Shown here: one piece after another, positions 25,603 to 39,644 of the stretch
Position numbering within the stretch: position 1 is the first letter of the stretch
How the letters are laid out: each line of letters opens with the position of its first letter
Assembly (NCBI RefSeq): GCF_009914755.1
Contig: NC_060939.1
Reading direction: 5' to 3' (one strand)
DNA from: the human T2T-CHM13v2.0 reference genome, Homo sapiens
Length of the DNA: 64,000 nt
The notes under the pieces: model-generated
Databases searched by the model: none
Told to the model about the DNA's origin: nothing
What the model saw: the letters and a program-made list of their open reading frames with translations, nothing else
Made by a program: the position numbers and the translations under genes

Positions 25603-27631
25603 AGGACAAACTAATTCTGATGTGGGTGGAGAGTCTTTAGGGAGGAGGTAGTGTTTGACCAGGCCTTGTAGGATGGGTTGGATTTTTCTAGGCAGGGATT
25701 GAATGGGTGGACATGTCAGACAAGATATAGAATAAATAAAAGCAAAAACATGCAGACCAGAAAGTATAGGGTGAGTTCACAGAGCATTCATCTAGTTTGG
25801 ATGGTACGAGGGAGTGAGAAATGAAGAGGCTAGAAATATAGGTTGACACCAATTGTGATGGTTTATTAGCACCAAGCCAAGAAGGATGTCCTTCATCACT
25901 CTGCTCATAATTCCTCAATGGCTCCCCATTGCCTGATCAGATATGAGCTCCAGAGTGGTGGCTCTGGCCAGTGGGTGCTGGGTGAATAGGAGGGGAGAGG
26001 AGCACGGAGGACAGCAAGAAGGCTCCAAGGAGAGCCCTGGCTAGTGCTAGAGAGTGTTTACTTTCCATGCACTTGAACTTTAGGAAGCGCTTCCAAAATG
26101 CAATTTTTTAGCATCAGCTTTGTGCCAGATGTGGAGCTAGGGGCTTCCATATATATGTATTACATGAATTTGAAGCAGTTCACTCCCTTGGACACTCCTG
26201 TTCAGGATTTGGTGTTTTGTCTCTGAAACTGAATTCATCGAGAAAAGCACAGGGGTAAATAAGCTTCATCCCCATCTCCATTCCATCTGCCTCCTCTTGA
26301 ATCATAGAGGGAAAAAAAGGACAGCCTAAAGAATTAGGGCCCCAGCAGATCCTTTGTGACAGAAGATATCACATGTCAACCTTCCTCCCAGCCCTGCCAA
26401 CTCTCCAGGCCAGCTTTGCAGCCATAGGTTGTCATCACTGGGAGGATGGAAGCAAGCAAACCTCTGAACAGGGTGTGGTGTGAATAGGACAGCCTGGGCC
26501 TTGCCCTCACAGATGCTTACTTGGGTCGTAATATCAGCCCTATCAGCATCCAGATGATTGTGAAGGGAGTGAATGAATGATGAAAGTCTTGGCACCTCAG
26601 TTTCATGGTCTGGTGGGGATAACCACATAGGGTTGTTTCTGAGAATCGTGAGCTAAGCCAGCAAAGTTCCTGGTAGCTTGCATGCTCCTCCTTTCTTCCT
26701 TCTCAGAGAATGTGCTCAGATTGGGAAGCAGTTTAACCGTCCTTCCCTGACATTTGTACAGCCAAGTCATGTTTAGGTACCCGGGGGAGCCAGAGTGCTC
26801 CTCCTCTCCTTCTGGAGAAGTTGGGTTATCTTTAATATAAGATAGAAATCAAACCAAATTACATTATTTTACCTCAGAACCCCGTTGCAACCGATCCTTT
26901 TGAATGGTATAGTTCTATTATTATATATTACTTCAAACTTAATAGGAAAAAATTGATTAAAATATGTGCCATGTTCATATCTAGCCTGGCTGAATGCCAC
27001 AAGACACATTAATTGAAAATGAATTTCCACAAACCCAATCAAGCATCATGAAGATGAAAAATGTACCTTTTTCCCTCCATTCCTTCATTGATTTTTCATT
27101 TTCCCCACTCAGTGCTTCATTTAGCAATTTTTCAGTTTCGTTTTGTTGTGGCCTTAATTCATTTCCTTTACTCCCCCCCAAATGAGATAATGTACCATTT
27201 TCTTCATGCTTATTAAACTCTTCTTTCATGCTGCATTAGTGCAGGGCAGATTCTGATCTTGTCATATTTCTCTATGCATTATTTTTTTTGTTAAAAATAG
27301 GCTGAGCTTTTTTCTTTTTATTCTTACATTTTGTGGTGGCTTTTATCAAAGAGAATGGACTTTAAAAAATACAGTAACTATGAAATTACGATGTTACAGG
27401 ACTTCCAAAATAGAATTAAGGAATGCTATGCAAAAATAAAACACTTTTTCTGAGGAAGAGTGTAAAATATCAATTATTCTCATAGTCACAGTGGGTATGT
27501 GGGGACCAGACACAATTCCTCTTTTGTTAAGAGAATTGGAAACAATGGTTTACCAGATCATAGAGGGATCAAGAGGCTGGGTTAAAGACACAGCACTGTC
27601 AGGAAAAGAGCAGGCAGAGGGAGACGACGGC

Positions 27632-28319
27632 TGAAGCCCAAGTGAGCTCTAGAAGGTTCTGTCCCTGACCCAGTCAGTTCACCATTTCCCTGGATTTCTA
27701 GGGGTTTTGAAAACAATAATGGGGATCTTCAAAGTATTTCCTTGTAAAATTTTCAAATTTTCAAATAACGTGATGGCATAAATTTCCCCTGAAAAGGCTG
27801 TAAGAACTCACAATAAAGTATCATATTCCTCTCTTTTGACCTAGAATTCATAGCCCTAGTAATCTCGTTTTGATTAGATGCTTTGATTGGCAGTTATACA
27901 TCTTTGATAACATTTTCAATGTGAAATGAATTATTCTTTCGTTAAAGCCATTTTAAGCAGAATGTCTATAAATGAGGGCCCACGAGAAGGAATAACAAAG
28001 CAGGGGTGTTGGGGATGGTGGCTGGGGAGCTTTGGTGTATTTATTAACCTGTGGTTGAGTTTTGCGATGTGTGCAAGTACACACAGCCCCGACACTCTGA
28101 TTTTGAAAACAATGAAATGAAAATGAAATGAAAACATTATAAAGAAATTTCAAATAAAATAATTTAAAATGTTTATTGCAGGGGAAGTTTATGCCATTAC
28201 ATTATTTGAAAATTTGACAATTTCGCAAGGAAATAGCTTGAAGTTCCCCATAGAAATCCAGGGAAATGGTGAACTGACTAGGTCAGGGATGGAATTTTCT
28301 AGAGCTCACTCAGGCTTCA
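27632..28319. repeat. Inverted repeat: arms 27632-27791 and 28179-28319, spacer 387 bp
   Basis: Manual alignment: 141 aligned nt, ~16 mismatches, one 19-nt indel. Confidence 0.92.
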
Positions 28320-28494
28320 TTCATTTAAAATGAAAACAAAATAAAACAAATTTTAAATAAAATAAACAATAATGTCAAATAAATGTTCAAATAAAATAAA
28401 CTTAATGTGGATTTAAAATACTGAATTCCATTTTCCTTATAAGATTTAAACAGTTTGATTAAATGTGACCATCAGTTTTGTTTTTCGTTTTCTG

Positions 28495-28909
28495 TTTTTA
28501 AAGAGTTTATTTGAGCAGGCAGCACCAGGCCACATGCAATTGAGGGCTTCACCTAGGGGGCTTGAGGGGAAAACTTTTATAGGTGTTTATGGAAGCAAGA
28601 CAAGGAAAATATTTGATTGGTTAAAGCAGAAAGTCCCTACTTAGGCCACACCTGTAATCCCAGCACTTCGGGAGGCTGAGGCAAGAGGATTGCTTGAGGC
28701 TGGGGGTTTGAAAACAGCCTAAGTAACATAGCGAGACCCTGTCTCTACAAAAAATTAAAAAATTAGCCAGGCATAGTTGATCACACCTGTAATCCTAGCT
28801 ACTTGGGAGGCTGAGATGGGAGGACCCATTGAGCCCAGGAGTTTGAGGCTGCCGTGAGCTATGATTGTAGCACTATGCTACAGCCTGGGTTACAGAGGCA
28901 AACGCTGTC

Positions 28910-28943
<34 letters not shown>

Positions 28944-29230
28944 TATTTAGAGGTTAGTTGGTGTTTTCTGATTGGTTAAATTTAAATTTCATTTTCCTAA
29001 GCTGTGACCATTCATTCTGACATGGGTTTCAGTTTGCTTAGGTCAGAACCCAAGGCACTGGAGCCACCTCAGCCTAATGGCCTCCCAATTAATTATTTTA
29101 ATGGTTCCCCTCTTTTGGCTAGCCTTTCATTTGTGAGAGATTGATCAAGTTTTAGTGTGACATCTTCTGTTACCATCATGGCTGGTTTTCCTTTGTTTCA
29201 GCGGGAAACTCCTAAGTGTGACGTCAGTTT
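28495..29230. mobile_element. ERV1 (MER4-group-like) internal fragment interrupted by Alu
   Basis: aagagtttatt...gattggtt...ttcccctcttttggc resembles MER4-group internal sequence; family uncertain. Confidence 0.45.
28645..28936 (+). mobile_element. AluJ, slightly 5'-truncated, TSD aaagtcccta(c/t)ttag
   Basis: ggaggctgaggcaagaggattgcttgag J-type; long A tail; 15-bp TSD on both sides. Confidence 0.92.
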
Positions 29231-29954
29231 TAACCTACCTCCTATTATCAGTAAGAGGGGGCAGGAGGGGGAGTTGATTCTACACATGACACTCCCAGTA
29301 CATAATCAAAGTGATGTGCACCTTTTATATGCTCTGTATTGGTGTGTTTCCTGTTTTACATAAGGCATTTTTCGTGTTTGTTATCCTTTGCCAGCTGGTG
29401 AAAGAAAATACCCCAAAGCACAATTTCTTAACAGCCCATGTCAAGCGCTGTCTGGTATTTAATACTTATTTGCTGCTGTGTTTTCTTCATTAATTTCTCT
29501 CCAAGTTCAATACGGAGTTATGTTTCATGAGTCTTGCACAATTGAGTGCTACTCACATGACTACAATGCTACAGCCATCTCATTTTCTGTCCTCTGATGT
29601 GAAATGGACTGTGTCCTACATGTTACTAATGGGAAGAAATTCCAGGAAGTTGAGAAGCCTCACAACTTCCAGCTGTGGATTCCTCACTGAATCCATAACA
29701 GAACCATACTACATTTTTGTACAATTTCACTTTGGTCTGGTTGACGTATAAGCTCTTTTCAAAACATATTGGGGGGACTTTTTTTTTTTTTAGCTATAGC
29801 AATCTGTTTCTAACGCAGTTTTTATTTAAATGTGCAGATTGGCAAGGGTGATTTCAGCTCCTGAGAGAAGTTATCTTTTATATGAGATAATTGATGCACT
29901 AAACACTTGTTCCCTGTGGGTTTGGGGTCTAGTACAAGGGAAAAAAGTCAACTA

Positions 29955-30370
29955 AGGATGGCAGTAACTATGATGTGTCCTAACAGGGGTAGGTTCAAAG
30001 GCTGAGCTATCACAGAGAAGGGGGACACAAAGGCAGCCTGGAGGACTTGGAAAGCGCTGGCCTAGGTGACTGTGGGTAGATTGTGACAGCAGCAGTTTTT
30101 CTGGTGGAAAAGGGGATGGAGGGTGGGGAGGCATTCCTAATGGAGCCACCAGCCTGTGTGTTCAAAGTCCTGGAGGCGGGACCATAGTGTGTTCATGCAG
30201 TGCTGAGAGGATGGAGTGTCCTAAATATAGGGTTCATTGTAGGGACAGGATGGGCATGAAATGAAAGTGGGAAAATAGGGAGCACAGCGGAAGGGCCTCC
30301 CGTGCCATGCTAGTGAGTTCGAACATTAAAAGCGTAGGGGGTTTTTAATTGGGAGAGTGAGATAGTCTGC
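29955..30370 (-). mobile_element. L2 fragment
   Basis: Degenerate antisense L2 (gcattcctaatggagccaccagcctgtgtg...gggcctcccgtgccatgctagtgagtt). Confidence 0.5.
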
Positions 30371-32169
30371 ATTCCTGGTACCAGAGCACCTGTATTTTGT
30401 AAAAGCTCCCTCCATGGGTTTCCAGCGTGTGGCTATGGTTAAGGATGATTACTTAGCTCAAACCACCTATGCAGGTAACTCGATTGTAGCTAATGTGAAA
30501 AAAAAAAGCCATGATCAGTTTTAAGAAACTAAAAGAACTTTTATTTCCCCTCCCTCCTTAAATATCAAACTGGCCTGTATTCTAAGAGACTAACATCCTG
30601 CATGATTGATCGGGCTGCAAGGCCCATATTCACATATTCAGTCTGAGTTACAAAGAAACATACTCATCAAAAGAAAAATTAGAAAAAATTCTATTAACAT
30701 CAGTTAAAAGGTCCCAGATTTTATGAAAGTGTATTTTTCCCCTTGTTCTATAAGGAGGCCTACTGTTTTGTATTTAAATTTAGCTGTTGCAAGATTCTGT
30801 TCTTGTATAAATCAAATAGGTGAGGTCCAGAAAATGAGTGCTTCTAATTTCTCAGTTCTTAATGCCCTGGTTTGAGTTTGGTAACTTGCGTCATTTACCA
30901 CCACCTGGTGACAGCTAGAACTAAATGCAGCTTTGTGAAGGGTAAATTGAAGGTCAAACTTTAACATTTAATGCATCAAGAAGTGAGATCAAAGGTGCCT
31001 AATGGATTTCTTGCATACCAGCTATATGGTAACCTGGATTTTGGAGTAGCTCCTGATTTGGGGGTTGCTCTGGGGACATGTGTTTAGCAAGATCATCTTG
31101 GCCCAACTGGGCCTCCAAGCATCTGATCCAGACAGTTTTCCCCCTGAAGTCTATGGGATGGATTGTTTAGGAATGGCTGGATGGATTTGTTGATTCATTC
31201 ATTTGTTATCTGAGAATATAAAGATGATCAAAGTCTTTACTCTTGGGAAACTCACAGCCTAGGGAAGGAGAAACATCAGTAATCATATAATAATAGCTAC
31301 CTTTTGAGTGTTTATCATGTGCTAGGTGCTACAAGAGACAATATTTCAAGGTTCTTTGAAGTTAGTAGTCAGAAACAATACCAGCCACACAAGTGTGTGA
31401 CTTAAAGTTTGTAAAAAATGAACCAAAGGCTTGAGAGTCAGATGTTCCTAGGAGGCTATCAAACCCAGGAGCATGTGAGTCTATTTATTTTAGAAGCTGA
31501 GTGCGTCACTTGGGAAAGGGATGGGAGGTTCTTCGGGGCAGACCACTGGGGAGACTAAGTTGGGATTCAAGGTTGGCACCCCTTGGGGCCGGCAGTGCAC
31601 TGACTCTGCCAGCCTTAGCATCCTTAGTGCTCTTATCTGAACAAGTCAATTCAGATCACAGAATATACTAGAAAAGAAGTTTCTGTAAGAAATGTTCCAG
31701 GATAAAAGCAAATCTGCACAGATAGCATTAATTCAGCACAATAGCATACTTGTTTCTTGGAGCACCATTGCTGAAAACCATGAGCCTTGTTAGAAGCTGC
31801 CGCACCCTCAAATCCTACTCCTGTCCAGCTCCTTCTCCCCAGAACCAAGTGTCTCTCCAGACTAGCATCAGCCCTCTGCTCTCTCATGAGAAGTCTAGAG
31901 ACCTTCTCTCTATAGCACTCTCTCTAGGTGATGTATTAACCATTCACTGATTTATTTTTTAAACTACCATCTAGGGGACAGTGACCAGTAGGATCCTCTC
32001 AATATCTTACTATGAGCTGCTCATTAAGGTGTTTTAAAACCACCTCTCTTGCTTTCCTTGCCTCACAAGCCACTCTGATTTCTTCAGAGACAGTGAAACG
32101 AGTGTATTTGAAATCACTTTTTACATCATTTGATTAAATATTACCCCTGACTTTCTTGGAAGCTTTTAG

Positions 32170-35100
32170 TTCCATTTTGCCTTTCATTTAAAGATTTTAA
32201 AAGTTAACTTTAACAATCTTAATACTATAAAAAGGAATGAAAAAGACATACCGTGAGAGTAATTTTTGGGAACTATTTCTACAAAAATGGAAGGAAGTTT
32301 ACACAAAACAAACTTTAACCCTACCACAACCCCAGAAGTATTGCATTTATCCAACTTCTCTTCCAGCTTTTACTTTCATCATTGTAAACTTTTGCTTTTC
32401 TATCCCTTGAGGCTTTTTGTAAACTTTCCATTTTGCAGTATATTTGTTTTTAGTGTTTGTGTAGTATACTCCATGAAATTGATATTTCATAATTTATTAC
32501 CCTTTCCTTTAGTGCTAGACATTAAGGTTATTTAGTGCTAGACATTAATAGTCCATATTAATGGAAATAACCTTATTTCTCTCTATTATAAATAATGGGA
32601 GCAAGAACATCTTTATATATAGAGCTTTTTCCTATGTTTGAATTATATCCTTAGGATAAATTCCCAGGAGTGGGATTAGTGGATCAAAGGGTATGAACAG
32701 CTTTATGGCTCTTAATATTTATTGCTAAATTGCCTGAAGGGTCATACTAATTCACAATGCCACCTGCAACACAGGAGAGGAGCTGCCCCTCCCAGTCCTG
32801 CCAACGCTCATTTCTTCAGTCAATAGTTTTGGGCAAATTTAATAGGTAGTCAAGGGTAACCATTGCTGTTTTTAATTGGTGATGTCTTTAACTATTATTA
32901 ACATTGGACATTTTTTCTTACGGGTGTTTCTGTTCTATTTTGTATGGTTTACTTTTCATGTCAAAGGATTACATTTTTTGACACCATGTGAAATTTAAAA
33001 TACTTGATAATGAAAATGCCAAATGCACACAGAACAGAGAGAGTAATTGATGGAGCCCTCTACGTTACCCAGGTTCAGCAAATAGCAAGATTTGGCCATA
33101 CTTGCTTTATCTACTCCTTCCTCTTTTTTCCCCTCTTGTGCAGTATTTTAAAGCAAATCCCAGACATTCTGCATATGTTTCCTATACACTTCACCGTGCA
33201 TCTCTGAACATATGGACTTTTTCTTACATAATTATAACACTATCATCACACCTAACAAAATTAATGATAATTCCTTGCTATTATTTAATACCAACCTGCA
33301 ATAACATTTTCCAAAGTGTCTTTTCTTCTGATGCTTTGTTCCAATCAGCATACACTGTGTTTACATTTAGTTATGTTTCTAAAGTCTCCTAATCTAGAGC
33401 ATTGCTGCCCCATCTCTCCCGACTACTTTTATTCGTACCTAAGAACTGAGTCAGTTGTCTTGTAAAAATGTTCACATTCTGGATTCGACTTTTTGTGTCC
33501 GTGTTAGCTCTAGAAGCTTGATTAGATCAAGTTTCACCTTTTCGGAAAGGCAAGAACACTTCATGGGTGATGCTGTGTGTTTCATCGTGTATCACTTCTG
33601 GGGTGTATAATGCCTGGTTATTCCACCTTGGGTGATGCCAAGGCTGATAATGGAGTCAAGTGGTGACAACCCAAAACATGATTGAATGTTTTTTCATTAG
33701 CTTTTACCATCATGGTTTAATCTACTGATGATGGATGCTTGAAGCCATTATTTCATAGAAATTGCAAAATTGTGATTTTCTAATTCTGTCATTCCTTGGC
33801 CATTGATTAACTGGAATTATTCTGTCAAGTAAAACTAGGGCTTTTTAGAGTCTCAAAATGCAGTTTGAACAGAGAAGGCAAGACAGATGCTTTATTTTTT
33901 CCTCCAAACTCCTTTCCAAGTAAGGAGTTGATGCCTTTTTTACATCCATTGGAGTCCAGTGAGCTGTTACTGTTTTATTCTAAAGACATATAATAGTCAT
34001 GTTCTTTAATATCTTTATATTTCATGTGTTTTACTCAATTACACTCATTATTATTTTTGATGTTCAGAATGTTCCATCCTTGGCCCAAGGGGAGACACCT
34101 CATGTCCTTGTTTTCAGGCATAACAAGGTATCTCACGTTCATCTAGTTTATTTTTTTGTCCCCTGAAATGAGCCATTCCACCAAGATGTCCTGTGTTTTT
34201 TTAGTGGGGAATGCTATTTAGAGACCACAATCTGCACATATTATGTTCTTATTGTTTCCAAGTTTTCTCAGTAGATAGTGTAGAGATACATATTTTACAA
34301 AAGAAAATAAAAATTATGAATTCATACTGATATTGTCATTTTAAATTGAACAAAATTTTGTTTACTTCTTTGATTTCACACTTGTATTGCTTTCTCTTAC
34401 AGTAAAAATCTTGGTTCCAAACATGATGATACCACAATATACATCAAACGGTTTCAAAATAACTTCAGTGTTACTGCTAACAATCTTCTCAGTGAATGAG
34501 AGATTACTTTGCAGCTCTATTTATCTTTAATAATCCACTAAGAATATTGAGTCAAATTACTGTATTCTAATAACACTTGGATTAATACTTCTCACCAATT
34601 TGATATACATCGTTTCTTCAATTCAGTTTGTTCTCAGATTTTAGGGTTCACTTTTTTTCTTTTTGGCTTCATTTTATTTTTTGAATCTGTAAAATATGCT
34701 TTCAAAGTTAAACCTATGTAACAAGGCTTATGTTTATTACATAAACCTATGTAATAACTTATGTTATCCTGTCTCTTTCACCTAAGTTCTTCCCTTTCCC
34801 TATTGGTAGCTATTTATTAATAATTAGGGTTCATTTTGTCTTTGCAGTGTTTGTTTTGCAAATACATATGCATTCATGTGTCCCCACCTGTTTTACATCA
34901 AAGCGAGTATACTGTCTACCTTGCCATACACTTCATCAGTGTTTTTGAGATCTGCATTTTTTGGAAGGTTACACAGACCTCCATCATACCATGCATGGTT
35001 TAACCAGTCGCTTATTGATGGAGTTCTGTTTTGTGTTTCCTAAAATAACACATATCCTTTGTTCATATCATTTCATATTTTGGCCAGTGTATCTTTGGGA

Positions 35101-35205
35101 TCTATTCCTAAAAATGGAATTGCTGAGTCAAAGGGTTAATGCATATGTACTTTTTCTAGATACTGCTATATTCGCTTCCATAGGAATGGTGTCATTTTGC
35201 ATGAG
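32170..35205 (-). mobile_element. Old L1M cluster (L1MC/ME-like 3' regions)
   Basis: ggataaattcccaggagtgggatt; ttttaaagcaaatcccagacat; ggaattgctgagtcaaaggg. Confidence 0.7.
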
Positions 35206-35217
35206 AAGGATTTTAAA

Positions 35218-35532
<315 letters not shown>

Positions 35533-36348
35533 TAATTTTGTGAGCACACAAATTTAATATACAGGATTTTTGGAAAGTTAATGTGTTATTAATGATCCTG
35601 CATACTGTTCCCACTATTATGCATAACACGGCCTGGTACAGAGTACTCTGGTTCCTGCCTTCAGGGAAGCTATGGTTTGTCTAGGGAGACATGATGTATG
35701 ATTGGAAAACAAAGAGTAGTCTAAGATAGAATATATTATAAAAAACAAAGATGGATCTTTTTAGGAAGCCTTTCTTGCTTACTCCAGGCCACATGAGTCT
35801 TCAGTCCTCTGAATTTCAACACTTTTAATGAGACTTCTAATGATCCTTTTTTCAAACCAACTTTTGACACTTGGTTGAACAAATATGAATGTATTGAATA
35901 ACACAGCCAAATGTTTGAAATGCAGGCTGCCCTGCAAATTCAAGCCGAATAATCATTTTTTGGAGAGTTGTATCTACATTTCCCAAAGCATGTTCTCTGG
36001 AAGATCTTCTGGCTGTTTTAAAGGGTTACACAGCAAAATCAGTGTGGAAATGTTGGATTAATCAAAGCTGAGGAGCTGTGACTCCAGAATCATGTCTGCT
36101 GCCCCAAGCTCACCTGTTCACACAATCCGCCTGTCTTGGAGCGTCTCGCGTTAATACTGTTCCACGAAACACAGAGAATCAGTATGCAGGCTGTTTCAAT
36201 GAAAACCATCCAGCCCCACTGGAAATGAGGAAAAATAGAAATAGAAATAAAAATAAATGAAAACCAAGGGCATCTATTCCAGTTGATAAACCTGTACTTA
36301 CACAATTGTACATTTTTGATTAACAATTTTCCATCCCTTTCTTTCTAG

Positions 36349-36432
36349 ATTGAATCATTAAAGAAAAAGTTGCAACAGAAACAGCTCTTAATACTGCAGC
36401 TTTTAGAAAAGATATCTTTCTTAGAAGGAGAG
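36349..36432 (+). CDS. MYZAP: MYZAP coding exon (probably 11), IESLKKKLQQKQLLILQLLEKISFLEGE
   Basis: Acceptor ccctttctttctag|ATT, donor GAG|gtaagg; 84 nt, phase 0/0. Confidence 0.95.
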
Positions 36433-36709
36433 GTAAGGATCTCTGTTTCTTTAAGTTGGTGTCTTCCCTACCATTAAATTTTATGTTGCTAAGCCTACCA
36501 CCGACACTTAATTAAAAATATGGCTATTTCCCGGCCTTATAAAATTGATTGAGGGTTAAGTGCCAGCCTTGAAAATGAGGTTCTGACAGCTGTTTTTCCT
36601 TTACCATCGGACTCCCCTCATTCCAGTTGCTGCTGACTTCTGCTTTTTGGCTCTAGTTTTTCTTATTAAAGAATCATCCTAGCAAGCCTGATAAGCTGTT
36701 GATTAGCAC

Positions 36710-36950
36710 TGATAATTCCCCGCATTTGTCCAGTGCTTTATAATTTGTGAGATATGTTCATATACATTCCTTACATTATTCTCTCTGCAACTTTAAGAAA
36801 GGCAAGACTAAGATTATTATCTCTGTATTAATACATGAGAAAACAGAGGCACAGAGAAGACAGGTGGTTTTGCTCAAGGTTGCCCAGCTTAATAAATGTC
36901 AGAGCCAGGCTGAAAGACTCCTAAATCCAGTGCTCTCCTGTCACAGCGAG
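36710..36950 (-). mobile_element. MIR
   Basis: atgagaaaacagaggcacagaga...ttgctcaaggt...cagagccagg. Confidence 0.7.
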
Positions 36951-37282
36951 TGAAGATGTGTTAGAGGGGACTTAATTTTACCTGAAACTTTCAGATGCTT
37001 AGTATTCTTGACTTTCTGGCTTTTTGAAAGTCATTTGGGGATTTTGTATATGTTCCAGAGAAGAATATTATGGGGTTGGAAGAACTTTACAAGGAGAAGT
37101 CAAAATCTATTTGCTCTAAAGGTTCTTTATTAGAGCTTGGCATTGAGCCTTTGCCTTTTGAGACTTCCTGAAAAGCTGGTTTGCCAAGCACCTGTCCTTA
37201 TCTGTGTTCCTCGTTATAGTCCTTCCACAGTGAGAGAGCCCAGCAGACAATGATAAAGTAAGAAGAAAGAGAAGAGAAAACT

Positions 37283-37700
37283 TTGATTAAGCCCTGCTGT
37301 GTGTTGGGCACTGTTAGTTACTTTGGATATGTTCTGTGTAACACAGAAGTTAAGAGTGGAATCCAACTTACCCAAGTGTGAACCCTGGATCTGCTTCTTA
37401 TCAGCTGGGTGATGTGGGGGAAGTTTCTTATCATTATAAAGGAGGGATCATAACTGTGCTATGTGTGGGTGACAGTGAAATCAGAATGTATAGAAGGTGC
37501 CTGGCATGTACTAAGCACTCAATAATTTTAAACGTATTATTGTTGTTCCCTCTTTATTAAAAGGGACACCCTCTGAGTTAGATGATATTTTCCCCCTTTT
37601 TTAGATAGGGAAACTGAGGTTCGGGGGTATTAAGAAGTCTGCCCAAGGTTACAGTAGAGATGGGTAAGCCTGGATCCAGATCCTGAGCTCTGAACCACCA
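37283..37700. mobile_element. MIR (+, ~37345-37550) nested in MIR (-)
   Basis: Antisense MIR starts ~37283 and resumes ~37565 (gggaaactgagg); sense MIR in between. Confidence 0.55.
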
Positions 37701-38241
37701 TGTTTGAGTGGGTGGTGAGCTGAGCCTTCTTTTACTCTGTTTTTGAGGGGTTGCCTTACAGCAGTCATAACCAGAAGTCCCTCATGGCCCATAGGGGCCT
37801 GGCACCAGATTCAACGCCCAAGAGTCTCTGTCTTTTGAAGCTGAGTAAATGGATATTTTCCCCATTTCCACTCCTGTCTTCCCTGCCACAGTCATTGGCT
37901 CAGTGCCAGCCTTGTGAATGAACATTTCTGTTTCTAAGATTCCTTTCTGAAATTGCAGCTCCCTGTGGGAGGAAGCACACCTTCCCCAGTAAGAGTCAGA
38001 AAATGAGTGCCCTAGTGGAAGCCCATGTGTCCAAAGAGAAGGCAGTCACAGGAGAGAGGAAAGACAGACTGACAGGAGAGGCAGAAGGTCCCCCAAGACA
38101 GTGCCCCCCACCCCCACCTCTGGCTGTGCTGCTAAAGCAAGCTCTCCTACTGGTAGATTCTTAAATGTCCAAGGGAATATTGCACATGGGGAGTAATCTT
38201 AGAAATAGCTATGTTGGTTTATGCTCAGTGTATTAAACTCA

Positions 38242-38690
38242 TGTCTCACCTTAGTTTGGGTTGCTCCAGCCCTTGAAATGTGGAGTCCAGATAGTTTATC
38301 TGGGAGGCGATCTCAGGAAGCCCCACTAGGGGAATGGGGAAAATGAGACAGGGAAGGGAAGAGAGCCAATAGCGGTGCCATATCAAGGAGGTTGCCCTGA
38401 GGACAGCTGAGGCTCACTCCTGCTGGGGATCTCTGGGAGATGGTGTGGAAGTGGCCCTGAGCTTTCCTTACTGAAAGGCCAGAAAGCTGGGGCATTTATC
38501 CACTAACTCCCATCAGTCATTAGCTGAGGCCTGCTCTGGGGGGTTGTGGCAGTTCTAGCCTGCCCTCGGCAGAGCCAGTTAGACTCTGGTGGTCAAAGGA
38601 AGCCCCCAGATGAAGAATCACCAGTGGCCTGTTAGGAAACAGGAATGCCCAGAGGATGTAGCGGGGTGGGTGGCAGTGTCAGCTATGTCT
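38242..38690 (-). mobile_element. LTR16C-like ERVL solo LTR
   Basis: tagtttatctgggaggcgatctcaggaag...gagacagggaagggaagagagccaata resembles recalled LTR16C. Confidence 0.7.
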
Positions 38691-39644
38691 ATCTAATAAG
38701 CAAGACTTTGAAAACCAGTTTTTTTTTGAGCATATCAATAATGATTATCAATTTGATTGATTAAATTCCCTGAAACTATTTAAATTCCAATACAAATTTA
38801 TTATGACTAATTGCTTTTGGCCACTTCACACATCCACCTTAAATAGCAGACAATATATACAAAAAAAGTTGCATAATAACAAGATTTAATAATACATTTA
38901 GACTTAAACCTATTCTAAAATACTAAATATCATGGGTTTTAATTTATTTTGTCATTGTTTCTGTTCTTGTTTTTTTTTTTTTTTAAACCTTCCTGAGGCC
39001 ATTGTTTTACTTCTTTCAATATTTTCTTAGGGCTAACATCATTTTGACACCTTTCAGACAGGTGCAGTCATCTTTGAGATCCAAAAGAGAAAGGATACCT
39101 TCTCTAAATTGCTAAGATTAGAGGATGTGGGTTACATAGGTTCTTGGTTGGGTCACAGGACCCTCAGTGGCTTCTTCCAAGGTGATTCAAACACAGGACT
39201 CCTTATCACTGTCTTTAGCACTATTAAAAACTTATGCATTCTTTATCAATATTTCATCATACATAGCTAGGCCATGTAGAGATCTCCTCTCCTAGGGAAT
39301 CAGAGGTGACATTCAAATACTTGGTTTTCCTCTTTGGCTCTCAGACTAGCTGATCATTTACACACACTCTGCCGACGCTGTTCCTTGCTAATTGTGGATG
39401 ATAGCTAATGCTGACACGTTGCTGCCCAACTCTCCACCTGATTGCTCTACGGCACGGATGCTAAGCAGTCCTTCTCCAGGTCCTGAAGTCCTGGGGTGAC
39501 CTAACTTACATGTTCTTTAGTTATTCTTTCTAACATAACAGAAAACTTTTAAATAGATATCTAATTAATACCTCCTAAAAGAAACCACAAAAGTTTTGGT
39601 AGATAAATCTGGTAGCTCCCCATCTTACTAATAAGTAGCTACAT

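Noticed and set aside
27291-27300. MEF2-type motif ttaaaaatag
   Set aside because: AT-rich context makes chance matches likely; no other support from sequence alone
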